Part shown: positions 9,732-19,095 of the stretch, in pieces
How the letters are laid out: each line of letters begins with the position of its first letter
Numbering within the stretch: position 1 is the first letter of the stretch
Assembly (NCBI GenBank): GCA_002787695.1
Contig: PCXL01000013.1
Location: 31,168 to 95,167, forward strand
Length of the DNA: 64,000 nucleotides
Reading direction: 5' to 3'
Origin: Candidatus Zambryskibacteria bacterium CG10_big_fil_rev_8_21_14_0_10_42_12
GTDB lineage: Bacteria; Patescibacteriota; Minisyncoccia; Phycocordibacterales; 1-14-0-10-42-12
Made by a program: the position numbers and the translations under genes
Notes under the pieces: generated by a model
Database searches by the model: none
Seen by the model: the letters and a program-made list of their open reading frames with translations, nothing else
What the model was told of the DNA's origin: nothing

Positions 9732-12700
9732 CTATACTTCGTTTCTTACCACGTCTTCCAGAGCCTCTGCCGCACGTCGCGCATCTCTTTCTGCTTCAAT
9801 ATCTACTTGCAAATTCTTGATAATGTTATACTTTCTACTTCCCTTGAAACCAGTACCGACTGGAATAAGTCGTCCGATGATCACGTTTTCCATGAGACCG
9901 AAGAGATCATCCCTGTTACCACGCACGGCGCTTTGAATAAGTACGCGTGTCGTATATTGGAATGATGCTGCTGAAAGGAAGCTCTTGCGTGAGAGTGACG
10001 TTTCTGTAATACCCATAAGAACAGGTTCAGCTTTTGCAACCTCTTTACCGGATTCTCGTGCCACAGCATTTGCTTCCTCAAGAGAAAAGTTTTCTGCAAT
10101 ATCACCAACGGTAAATCCTGTATCTCCCGGATCCTTCACCTTCATGCGCGAGAACATCTGCTTGATAATCACTTCGATATGTTTACGAGATACTGGTGAT
10201 CCTTGCAGTTCGTACGGCTTGCTGATTTCTTGAATGATGTAGTCCTGCGCTACCGCACGACCAGCATATTTGAAGAGTTCGCTGATATCAGCAGATCCAT
10301 CAGTAAGCAGCTGACCTCGTTTGATAGTATCTCCTGCTTTCACCAATACCGTTCGGTAGTGACTCGCCACATATTCGATACTGTCCTTTGTCTTTGATTT
10401 ATGTTCAATATCCGGTGTGATAACAATTTTCTTTTCCTTACCAACCTGTTCCACAGATGTCACAGTACCATTTACATGACTTACAACAGCTGGGTTCTTT
10501 GGTTTTCGGTTTTCAAAAATCTCTTCAACACGTGGAAGACCTTGCACGATGTCTCCACCAATTTGCGCAGTACCTCCGGCATGCTTTGTGTTCATAGAGA
10601 GCTGTGTACCCGGTTCTCCGATAGCCTGTGCTGCAACAGTTCCTACAGCCTCACCAATTTCAATCTCTCGTTTCGTACCAAGATCATGACCATAACATTT
10701 GATACAAATACCGCGGAGCGATTCACATGTCATTGGTGAACGTACAATCACCTGCTCAATATCTGATGCCTCAATCTTCATAGCATCATCTCGTGTTAAG
10801 AGTGTTCCTTTGGCAAAGAGCGTATCGCCAGAAGCAGTCTTGGCATCTTCTGCGAGGTAGCGTCCTTCAATTGATTTACCGATTGAAGTATCCATACCAA
10901 GTGCATTCTTGCGACCAATAGCAACACCATGTTTTGTCTTACAATCTGCTTCTGCAATCATCACATCCTGACCAACAACGAAGAGTTTTCGAGTAAGGTA
11001 ACCTGCTTTTGCAGTGTTGAGCGCGGTGTCCGCAAGACCTTTTCGAGAACCGTGAGTCGCAATGAAGTATTCAACTGGTGAGAAACCTTCTTTACTTGAT
11101 GAGATAACTGGAAATTCAATAGTCTCACCCTTTGTGTTGGTAATGAGTCCCTTCATACCTGCCATCTGTGTAATCTGTGACCATGAACCTCGAGCTCCCG
11201 AGTGCACCATGTCATATACAGAGTCAGTAACATCAAATGTTTCTGGCATAAGCTTTTCAATAGCAGCCTTTGCGCCGTGCCACACTTCAACTTTCATGCG
11301 ACGTCGTTCACCTTCAGAAATAAGTCCCATATTATATTGTTCATCAATTTCTCGTGAGCGATCTTTTGCCTTTTGCACCACGTCTGCTTTTCCTTCTGGA
11401 ATCACCACGTCATCAATACCCCAAGTAATACCAGATTTAGTAGCATGCTTAAATCCGAAGTCTTTGATCTTGTCGAGAATTGCTGGAAGTCGTTCAATAC
11501 CATACGTCACCACAAGCTTATCTGCGATCACGTTCATAAACTTTCGATCAACTGTTGAATTTACGTATGGGAAGTCTTTTGGAAGAATACTGTTGAATAA
11601 CAATTTACCAACCGTCGTCTCAAAAATCTTTCCATTAAATTCAGCATATTTTGCTGTATCTGTTGGAAGTACTTTAATTTTTGCACGCAGATCTACCGCT
11701 TCAAAATCGTATGCCGTAATTGCGCTGTTAGGATTTGGAAACGCCATACCTTCACCTTTGCTTCCTGCGATTTCCTTAGTTACCCAGTAACAACCGAGTA
11801 CAATGTCGAGCATTTTGTTCGTCACTGTTGGATCTCCGTTACCTGGCTTGAGAATATTCTTTTCAGAAGCCATGATTTCATTTGCTTCCATCTGTGCCTC
11901 CCTTGATAGTGGCACATGTACAGCCATCTGGTCTCCGTCGAAGTCGGCGTTAAAGGCAGTACATACGAGTGGGTGAACACGAATAGCATTACCTTCGATA
12001 AGTACTGGTCTGAACGCTTGAATACCGAGTCGATGAAGTGTCGGTGCACGGTTGAGAAGCACGCGCTTGTCCTTAATCACTTCTTCGAGTATTGCCCATA
12101 CCTCTCCTATACCGTCATCAATCAATCTGTTTGCTCCACGAATGTTGAATGCGTATTCACGTGAAAGCAATTTTTCAATAACAAATGGTCGGAAGAGTTC
12201 GAGTGCCATGTGCTTAGGCAAACCACACTGATCAAGTCCCAATGTTGGACCCACTACAATAACTGAACGTCCCGAGTAGTCCACGCGCTTACCAAGAAGA
12301 TTCTGACGAAAGAGACCACGCTTTGATTTAAGGTTGTCTGAAAGTGATTTAAGCGCCCGCTTTCCTCCTTGAGCTTGCGCTGCAGGTGCCTGTGAACCAC
12401 TGCGCATGTTGTTGTCGATAAGTGCGTCAACTGCTTCTTGCAAAATTCTCTTCTCGTTTCGAAGAATCACGTCCGGCGCATGAATATCAATAAGTTTCTT
12501 GAGACGATTGTTTCGGTTGATTACGCGACGATACAGGTCGTTCACATCACTTGTTGCAAAACGTCCTCCATCGAGCGGAACCATTGGACGAAGTGCTGCT
12601 GGAATAACAGGAATTCGTGTAAGGAACATCCACTCAGGCTTCACACTCGCTTTGATCATTGCGCGAATGAGAGACAATCGTTTCTCAATTTTTACTGTTT

Positions 12701-13454
12701 CAGCAGCACCAGCTTTTTCTGAATCTGCCTCGAGCTGTGTCAAAAGAGCCTTCAAATCAATTTCTCGGAGAAGCTTGTAGATTGCCTCAGCTCCGATTTC
12801 TGTTTCAAACATTGTTCCATACCGAACTGAATAGTGATGATATTGCACTTCATCAAGTACCTGTCCTTTACGGATACCTTCGATCTCACGTTTTGCTGTC
12901 AAAAGCATTTCCTTGAGACCCTCTTTAGCTTTTTCATCTGACAGAGAACCAACCTTTGATTTGAATTCTGAATCAAGATCTCGCAACACGCGCTTTCGTT
13001 CATCCTCGACAACATGTGTGACAAGGTATCCTGCAAAATACACCACGCGTTCAATATCCTGTGCTGGAATGCCAGTGATGAGTGCAACACGTGAAGGAAT
13101 ACCCTTAAGGAACCAAATGTGTGCCACAGGAGATGACAATTCAATATGTCCCATTCGTTCACGACGCACAATTGATCGGGTGATTTCAACGCCACACTTT
13201 TCACAGACAATTCCTTTGTAGCGAATACCACGATATTTTCCACAGTAACATTCAAAGTCCTTATCTGGTCCGAAGATTTTTTCGTCAAACAAACCGTTCT
13301 TTTCGCTGCGCTGCGTTCTATAGTTAATAGTCTCCGGCTTTGTCACTTCTCCATGTGACCACTCGAGAATTCGTTCTGGTGATGCAAGCTTGATTGTGAT
13401 GAAATCAAAATCTTGTGCATCGCTTTTTGGTTTTCTTGTTTGGATTGTTTCCAT
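9732..13454 (-). CDS. rpoC: RNA polymerase beta' subunit
   Basis: [12 protein letters not shown] catalytic motif, Zn-finger cysteines; start METIQ at 13454 after the rpoB stop. Confidence 0.98.
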   Translation of the reverse strand: METIQTRKPKSDAQDFDFITIKLASPERILEWSHGEVTKPETINYRTQRSEKNGLFDEKIFGPDKDFECYCGKYRGIRYKGIVCEKCGVEITRSIVRRERMGHIELSSPVAHIWFLKGIPSRVALITGIPAQDIERVVYFAGYLVTHVVEDERKRVLRDLDSEFKSKVGSLSDEKAKEGLKEMLLTAKREIEGIRKGQVLDEVQYHHYSVRYGTMFETEIGAEAIYKLLREIDLKALLTQLEADSEKAGAAETVKIEKRLSLIRAMIKASVKPEWMFLTRIPVIPAALRPMVPLDGGRFATSDVNDLYRRVINRNNRLKKLIDIHAPDVILRNEKRILQEAVDALIDNNMRSGSQAPAAQAQGGKRALKSLSDNLKSKRGLFRQNLLGKRVDYSGRSVIVVGPTLGLDQCGLPKHMALELFRPFVIEKLLSREYAFNIRGANRLIDDGIGEVWAILEEVIKDKRVLLNRAPTLHRLGIQAFRPVLIEGNAIRVHPLVCTAFNADFDGDQMAVHVPLSREAQMEANEIMASEKNILKPGNGDPTVTNKMLDIVLGCYWVTKEIAGSKGEGMAFPNPNSAITAYDFEAVDLRAKIKVLPTDTAKYAEFNGKIFETTVGKLLFNSILPKDFPYVNSTVDRKFMNVIADKLVVTYGIERLPAILDKIKDFGFKHATKSGITWGIDDVVIPEGKADVVQKAKDRSREIDEQYNMGLISEGERRRMKVEVWHGAKAAIEKLMPETFDVTDSVYDMVHSGARGSWSQITQMAGMKGLITNTKGETIEFPVISSSKEGFSPVEYFIATHGSRKGLADTALNTAKAGYLTRKLFVVGQDVMIAEADCKTKHGVAIGRKNALGMDTSIGKSIEGRYLAEDAKTASGDTLFAKGTLLTRDDAMKIEASDIEQVIVRSPMTCESLRGICIKCYGHDLGTKREIEIGEAVGTVAAQAIGEPGTQLSMNTKHAGGTAQIGGDIVQGLPRVEEIFENRKPKNPAVVSHVNGTVTSVEQVGKEKKIVITPDIEHKSKTKDSIEYVASHYRTVLVKAGDTIKRGQLLTDGSADISELFKYAGRAVAQDYIIQEISKPYELQGSPVSRKHIEVIIKQMFSRMKVKDPGDTGFTVGDIAENFSLEEANAVARESGKEVAKAEPVLMGITETSLSRKSFLSAASFQYTTRVLIQSAVRGNRDDLFGLMENVIIGRLIPVGTGFKGSRKYNIIKNLQVDIEAERDARRAAEALEDVVRNEV

Positions 13455-13479
13455 AATATTTTTATTTAACCGGATGCTA

Positions 13480-16400
13480 TTAATTAGTTTCTTCGACTTG
13501 TTCTTCTTCGCGTTTTTCGAGCGCAACATCAAGCGCAAGACCACGAAGGTTGTAAAGCAACACATTGAACGACGCTGGAATATTTGTCTGTTCAATATTG
13601 TCACCTCGAACAATTGAATCGAATGCAGCACTTCGACCTACAATATCGTCTGATTTTACCGTGAGCATTTCACGAAGCGTATATGCCGCTCCATAACCGA
13701 GCAGTGCCCACACTTCCATTTCTCCAAATCGCTGACCTCCGTTTTGTGCTTTACCTCCAAGTGGCTGTTGTGTAATGAGAGAGTATGGACCAATTGATCG
13801 CATGTGAATCTTGTCATCAACCATGTGATGAAGTTTCAAAATGTACATTTCACCAATCGCTACTTTTTGCTCAAAGGCCTCACCTGTTCGTCCGTCATAT
13901 AGTTTTACTTTTCCATCTGCTGGAAAACCTGCCTGCTCAAGCTCGTGCTGAATTTCTTCACCAGTTGCACCTGCAAATGGAGGCACGATTGCCTGATATC
14001 CCAGTGTCCCTGCAGCAAGACCAAGGTGCATTTCAAGGATCTGTCCTAGGTTCATACGTGAAGGCACACCAAGTGGTGTAAGGATGATATCAATAGGAGT
14101 ACCATCATCCATGTATGGCATATCTTCTACTGGTAGAATTCGTGAGATAACACCCTTGTTACCGTGACGTCCAGCAAGTTTGTCGCCGACAGACACGTTG
14201 CGAAGTTCAGCAACCTCAATATGAATTCTCTTCAAAATTCCAGATTCTAGTTTGTCTCCTTTTTCTCGTGAGAACACTTGTACCTTCACAATGCGTCCTT
14301 TCTTACCTCCTTCCATGCGCTTTGATGTATCTTTCACATCTCGTGCTTTTTCACCGAATAGAGATCGGAGTAATCGTTCTTCCGGTGTCAGTTGTGTCTC
14401 TCCCTTTGGTGTAATCTTACCTACCAATATGTCTCCAGGATGCACTTCTGCACCTACACGGATAACACCTTCTTCATCAAGGTTTTTGAGTTTATTTTCA
14501 GATACGTTTGGAATGTCGCACGTTGTAACTTCTGGACCAAGCTTTGTGTCACGTACATTGATCACAAACTCTTCGATATGAATCGATGTAAATTTGCTTT
14601 CACTAACAAGTCGTTCAGAAACGATAATAGCATCTTCGTAGTTTGCACCAGTCCATGAAAGAAAGGCTACGCGAATGTTCTGACCAATCGACATCTCGCC
14701 TCCTACAGATGTAGATGTATCGGCAAGCACATCGCCTCGCTTCACCTTATCTTCTGTCTTTACTGCTGGTCGCTGATGGAAAATAGTAAATCCGTTTGTT
14801 CGTGAGAAGTTTACCAAATCATATGTACGCTCCTTGCCACCGCTTTCCTTAACAATCACTTTTCGTGCATCAGCATAGGTCACGTCACCTGCATTTTGCG
14901 CAAGTACAACACGACCTGTGTCTCGAGCTGCATCTCTTTCTATACCAGTTGCCACAAGTGGTGCTTCAGGAATGATACATGGCACCGCTTGCTTCTGCAT
15001 GTTTGAACCCATGAGTGCTCGGTTGGCGTCGTCGTGGTTCAAGAATGGAATCATGCCTGTTGCCACAGAGAAGATTTGGTTTGTTGCAATATCGATGAGG
15101 TCCACTTCCTTTGCTGAAATAACCGTCGGCTCACCATTAATACGCGCATCAACTTCGGCTGAAAGAATCTTACCTTTTTCATCTATATCCGTTGCAGCAT
15201 GTGCAATCTTGTAGTTCTCTTCTTCAAGTGCATTAACGTAGATGATTTCACTCGTTACTACACCATCCTTCACTTTTGCATATGGAGTTTCGATCATACC
15301 AAAGTCATTGATACGAGCATATGCAGAGAGATGAAGAATAAGACCAATGTTTTGACCTTCTGGTGTATGTACCGGACACACACGTCCATAATGAGATGGA
15401 TGCACGTCTCGAACTTCAAAACCTGCTCGTGTTCGTGAAAGACCGCCAGGACCAAGTGCTGAAAGTCGTCGTTTATGTTCAAGTTCAGAAAGTACGTTTG
15501 TCTGATCCATAAACTGTGAGAGCTGGTTCGTTGCGTAGAACTCCTTTATCTGTGCCTGAAGTGGCTTAGGATTCACAAACTGAATAGGCAGTGTTATATC
15601 AGACTCCACAGTAGACATACGGTTCTGAATGTTTCGCTTCATGCGTGCCATACCAATACGAACCTTTTGCTGAAGAAGTTCACCAATGAGACGAACACGT
15701 CTTGAGCCTAGGTGATCGATATCATCTGGTTGTGCATGTGGAGTTACATTCAGTTCTCCAATACGATTGGTGATAGTGGTTAAATCATCAATAGAAAGCG
15801 TTGTTTGAGCAAGCTCCTTAGCACCAGTTGGCTTACTAAATCGATTATTAATCTGGAATCGTCCGACTTTTGTCAGATCGTATCGCTCAGGAGATATCAT
15901 GCTTTCGAAAAACTCTTTTGCATTTTCAACAGTAGCCAAGTCGCCATCGCGAAGTCGTCGGTAGATTTCTACATACGCATCTTCAGAAGATTTTGTAGTG
16001 TCTTTAGCAAGCGTCTCCTTTATATAATCAATCGCAGGACTATCTTTAAAGTGCTTCAGGATTTCTTCATCTGAACTGAGACCAAATGCTCTAAAGAGTA
16101 GTGTAAGAGGAAACTTTCGCTTTCGGTCAATACGCACATAGATAACTCCATCTGCTTCAGTTTCAATTTCAATCCATACGCCGCGAGATGGGATAATTTT
16201 TGCACCAAAGTAATTTTTACCGCGGATATCAAGTACGGTGAAGAATGCGCCAAATGAACGTGCGAGCTGTGGTACGATCACGCGTTCAACACCTGAAATG
16301 ATGAATGTGCCGTGGTCAGTCATCATTGGAAAATCAGCGAGGAATACTTCCTGCTCTTTTTCAGAACCAGTACTAAAGTTCTTGAGTTTTACCTGAGCTT

Positions 16401-16674
16401 TGAGTGGCGCGTCGTATGAGAGCTTGTTGTCTTTAGCAAAATGCTCGTTCACCTTTGGTTTACCCAATTCAAATGAGAGAAACGAAAGTTCAAACTTCTT
16501 ACCTGTGTAGTCGGTAATGGTTTTAAACTCATCAAATACCTCTTTGATACCTTCACTGATGATCCATTTAAATGAATCGAGCTGTGCGATAACAAGGTTT
16601 GGAGTCTCAACCAACGGCTTCTTGTATTGACCGAAGTACTTTTTAGGGAGTACGCCCTGTGTGTGTTGTCTCAT
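13480..16674 (-). CDS. rpoB: RNA polymerase beta subunit
   Basis: GDKLAGRHGNKG, GGQRFGEMEVWAL, RALMGSNMQ; start MRQH at 16674. Confidence 0.98.
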   Translation of the reverse strand: MRQHTQGVLPKKYFGQYKKPLVETPNLVIAQLDSFKWIISEGIKEVFDEFKTITDYTGKKFELSFLSFELGKPKVNEHFAKDNKLSYDAPLKAQVKLKNFSTGSEKEQEVFLADFPMMTDHGTFIISGVERVIVPQLARSFGAFFTVLDIRGKNYFGAKIIPSRGVWIEIETEADGVIYVRIDRKRKFPLTLLFRAFGLSSDEEILKHFKDSPAIDYIKETLAKDTTKSSEDAYVEIYRRLRDGDLATVENAKEFFESMISPERYDLTKVGRFQINNRFSKPTGAKELAQTTLSIDDLTTITNRIGELNVTPHAQPDDIDHLGSRRVRLIGELLQQKVRIGMARMKRNIQNRMSTVESDITLPIQFVNPKPLQAQIKEFYATNQLSQFMDQTNVLSELEHKRRLSALGPGGLSRTRAGFEVRDVHPSHYGRVCPVHTPEGQNIGLILHLSAYARINDFGMIETPYAKVKDGVVTSEIIYVNALEEENYKIAHAATDIDEKGKILSAEVDARINGEPTVISAKEVDLIDIATNQIFSVATGMIPFLNHDDANRALMGSNMQKQAVPCIIPEAPLVATGIERDAARDTGRVVLAQNAGDVTYADARKVIVKESGGKERTYDLVNFSRTNGFTIFHQRPAVKTEDKVKRGDVLADTSTSVGGEMSIGQNIRVAFLSWTGANYEDAIIVSERLVSESKFTSIHIEEFVINVRDTKLGPEVTTCDIPNVSENKLKNLDEEGVIRVGAEVHPGDILVGKITPKGETQLTPEERLLRSLFGEKARDVKDTSKRMEGGKKGRIVKVQVFSREKGDKLESGILKRIHIEVAELRNVSVGDKLAGRHGNKGVISRILPVEDMPYMDDGTPIDIILTPLGVPSRMNLGQILEMHLGLAAGTLGYQAIVPPFAGATGEEIQHELEQAGFPADGKVKLYDGRTGEAFEQKVAIGEMYILKLHHMVDDKIHMRSIGPYSLITQQPLGGKAQNGGQRFGEMEVWALLGYGAAYTLREMLTVKSDDIVGRSAAFDSIVRGDNIEQTNIPASFNVLLYNLRGLALDVALEKREEEQVEETN

Positions 16675-16916
16675 TATGTGCTTTCTCAATCTATAAAACA
16701 AAAACAACCCCGAGCCACTATACAAAAAGCAGCCTCTCAAAGGTTATTCAAATTTTAATGCGCTAAAATTAGCAAAATACGCATTAGTGTTAATAAATAA
16801 ATTTCTGCTCAAAAGAGCGTGTACACGTGCCCGCGGTTATTTGCCGAAACCACTACGCTAGGTATCAAAAACGGCAAATGGGTACCACAACTCAATCAGA
16901 TATGCAAGCGGGTGCA

Positions 16917-16945
16917 ATTATAAACGAAGTGTTCCTTTGGGTCAA
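16917..16945 (-). promoter_or_regulatory. sigma70 promoter of rpoBC
   Basis: TTGACC-17-TATAAT on the minus strand. Confidence 0.75.
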
Positions 16946-16952
16946 CGTCTGT

Positions 16953-16961
16953 TTATCCACA
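16953..16961 (+). promoter_or_regulatory. Consensus DnaA box beside the rpoB -35
   Basis: TTATCCACA exact match. Confidence 0.5.
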
Positions 16962-17078
16962 ATTTACATGTAAGTGATCACTTCTCGACTATTAAACTGG
17001 TCCTGATCCCCCGCTTGTTATACATAACGAAAATATATGGCCATACATAGCCATATTTGTGTATTTTGAACTAAATGC

Positions 17079-17107
17079 TTGACTTTGTATTATATTTATG
17101 CTATTAT
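17079..17107 (+). promoter_or_regulatory. sigma70 promoter of small ORF
   Basis: TTGACT-17-TATTAT with extended -10 TG. Confidence 0.7.
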
Positions 17108-17128
17108 TATCTCAGGAGTGAGAGAGAC

Positions 17129-17260
17129 ATGAAACAAGCATTCGGGCTCATCGCCCTCACCGTTCTTTTTTTCTTCCCCATTCTGAGCGACCTCGCTCAG
17201 AAGTCCGGAGGTCAGCTCACGGCCCTCGCCGCCGTGACAGAAGTTGCGGCGAACCAATGA
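17129..17260 (+). CDS. 43-aa small hydrophobic, signal-peptide-like protein (ORFan)
   Basis: AGGAG SD; MKQAFGLIALTVLFFFPILSDLA...; own promoter and terminator. Confidence 0.6.
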   Translation: MKQAFGLIALTVLFFFPILSDLAQKSGGQLTALAAVTEVAANQ

Positions 17261-17273
17261 GGTTCGCCACACC

Positions 17274-17317
17274 AGAGCCGCCCATCCTTCACAGGATTCG
17301 GGCGGCTCTTTTCGTTT
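17274..17317 (+). terminator. Intrinsic terminator
   Basis: AGAGCCGCCC...GGGCGGCTCT followed by TTTCGTTT. Confidence 0.75.
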
Positions 17318-17350
17318 GTAAAATTTTATTTTTTATGTTCTTATATTCCC

Positions 17351-18043
17351 ATGCAGAAACGCAAGCGTAAAGCGCTTACAAAACCAAAAACAATCTTTCA
17401 CCTCATCTCCCTCTTTCCCGAGGCGCTTTCTTCATACATTAAAGAGTCAATCATTGGTCGCGCTCTTGCCGACAATTATATAGATATCAAAACATACAAC
17501 CTTCGTGATTTTACAAAAGACAAGCATAAGCGTGTGGACCGCATTCCTTATGGTGGCGGTCCCGGCATGGTTATTGAAGCCCTTCCGGTTATTAAAGCGA
17601 TCGAATCTGCTAAGCGAAAAGCTAAAAGCGTGAAGCGTGAAGCATGTATCATCTGGCTCTCCCCTTCTGGCAAACAATTTGATTCAAAAGAAGCCGAGAA
17701 ACTCTCAAAAGAAAAAAATATTATCTTTATCTGCGGTCGCTATGAGGGTATTGATGAACGCGTTCGTGAAATCTTTAAAACAGAGAGTTACTCTGTAGGA
17801 CCATACACGCTCACCGGCGGCGAACTCCCCGCACTCATCATGATGGATGCTATCTCTCGACAAATACCTGGAGTACTTGGGAACGAGTCATCTGTTGAAG
17901 AAAAACGTATTTCTTCTCCAGAAGTCTATACTCGTCCAGAAGTACTGATATACAAAAAGAAAACATACAAAGTACCCGACGTTCTCCTTTCAGGGAATCA
18001 CAAGGAAATTCGGGAATGGAAAGAAAGAAAAAGGAAAAATTAA
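17351..18043 (+). CDS. trmD: tRNA (guanine37-N1)-methyltransferase
   Basis: PYGGGPGMV, CGRYEGIDER, YTLTGGELPA, YTRP, VPDVLLSGNH. Confidence 0.96.
   Translation: MQKRKRKALTKPKTIFHLISLFPEALSSYIKESIIGRALADNYIDIKTYNLRDFTKDKHKRVDRIPYGGGPGMVIEALPVIKAIESAKRKAKSVKREACIIWLSPSGKQFDSKEAEKLSKEKNIIFICGRYEGIDERVREIFKTESYSVGPYTLTGGELPALIMMDAISRQIPGVLGNESSVEEKRISSPEVYTRPEVLIYKKKTYKVPDVLLSGNHKEIREWKERKRKN
17611..17645. repeat. Heptamer tandem repeat (nAAGCnn)x5 inside trmD
   Basis: TAAGCGA AAAGCTA AAAGCGT GAAGCGT GAAGCAT. Confidence 0.7.
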
Positions 18044-18055
18044 AGCCAATGCAAC

Positions 18056-18083
18056 ACAAAGCGCGCCGTACGGCGCGCTTTGT
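18056..18083 (+). terminator. 28-bp palindrome/terminator after trmD
   Basis: ACAAAGCGCGCCGT|ACGGCGCGCTTTGT. Confidence 0.65.
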
Positions 18084-18149
18084 AATCTTTCCATTTTCCT
18101 TTTTGCTTCTTTGAATAAATTTTAAAAAAACGGGCTTTCGCCCGCTTTT

Positions 18150-18482
18150 TTAAAATTTTAGATCTTCCATTGCTTCATCCACTGATTTCATCGCCTGTGA
18201 CTGTCCTCCGCCATTTCCTCCGTTTGATCGCATACCACCTTCTGGTTCGTTAATCTTGAGATTTACACGAGAGTTGTTTTTCATTCCCACAATTCGAAGC
18301 AAGATTCTGATAGCCTTTGCAGTGTTCCCTGATCGGCCAATAATCTTACCCATATCCTGAGGATCTACAGTGAGCGTAAGTAATACGCCCATCTCATCTA
18401 CTGTTCGATCTATTACAACCTTGTCCGGATTGTCTACCAAACCCTTTACGACGTACTCTAGAAACTCTTTATCCTTTTCCAT
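18150..18482 (-). CDS. khpA: KH-domain RNA-binding protein
   Basis: LVDNPD, DMGKIIGRSGNTAKAIR (GxxG loop); next to rpsP. Confidence 0.92.
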   Translation of the reverse strand: MEKDKEFLEYVVKGLVDNPDKVVIDRTVDEMGVLLTLTVDPQDMGKIIGRSGNTAKAIRILLRIVGMKNNSRVNLKINEPEGGMRSNGGNGGGQSQAMKSVDEAMEDLKF

Positions 18483-18575
18483 GATAACCTTTCGTTTACG
18501 AATAAAAGCAGCTTACCTGCGTTATCTATATAATGATCAATTTCTATACTTTGGTCAACCAAAGATAGTTGATAA

Positions 18576-19037
18576 CTATTCTGCTGGTTTTTCCTCTACA
18601 GGTGTCTCTTCTGTTTTTGGTTCCTCTGCAGGAGTTTCTTCCTGAGCTTCAGCAGGTATAGATTCTGTCGCTGTTTCTGTTGCTTCTGCTGGTGTTTTTG
18701 TAGCTGCTACAGGTTCTACTTGTGGAGCAGGTGCTTCTTCTACAGGTGCTTCTTCTTTAACAGGTGCCGATTTCTTTGGAAGCACGTTTACTTTCTTACC
18801 TTCGATAACCTTTGAGTTTACAAGCAGATTATGCATTGTAGGAGAAACTTGGGCACCATTGTCTATCCAGTACTTTACTCTCTCTTCTTTGATTTCTGAT
18901 TTATTGAAACGAGGGTCGTATGAGCCGAGAATCTCAACAGATTTACCCGCTTTTGGACCACTATGAGAATCGGTTACAACCACACGAAAAACCGGTTCGT
19001 GCTTGCGTCCCACTCGTTGCAATCTGATTTTTAACAT
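18576..19037 (-). CDS. rpsP: 30S ribosomal protein S16 with acidic Ala/Glu/Pro C-terminal tail
   Basis: MLKIRLQRVGRKHEPVFRVVV...GSYDP...GAQVS. Confidence 0.96.
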   Translation of the reverse strand: MLKIRLQRVGRKHEPVFRVVVTDSHSGPKAGKSVEILGSYDPRFNKSEIKEERVKYWIDNGAQVSPTMHNLLVNSKVIEGKKVNVLPKKSAPVKEEAPVEEAPAPQVEPVAATKTPAEATETATESIPAEAQEETPAEEPKTEETPVEEKPAE

Positions 19038-19044
19038 GGAGAAA

Positions 19045-19073
19045 AGATTAGCAGAGAACGACAAAAACGTCAA
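19045..19073 (-). promoter_or_regulatory. sigma70 promoter predicted to give leaderless rpsP mRNA
   Basis: TTGACG-17-TAATCT, 7 nt before the ATG. Confidence 0.7.
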
Positions 19074-19095
19074 TAATCTGTTATAGTACATACGA

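Noticed and set aside
13455-13631. N-terminal extension of RpoC overlapping rpoB (similar extensions on rpoB, rpsP, msrA, msrB, pilB)
   Set aside because: Longest-ORF artefacts; family similarity and promoter positions indicate downstream ATGs
16953-17075. Possible replication origin
   Set aside because: Only one perfect DnaA box; no box cluster and no dnaA/dnaN nearby
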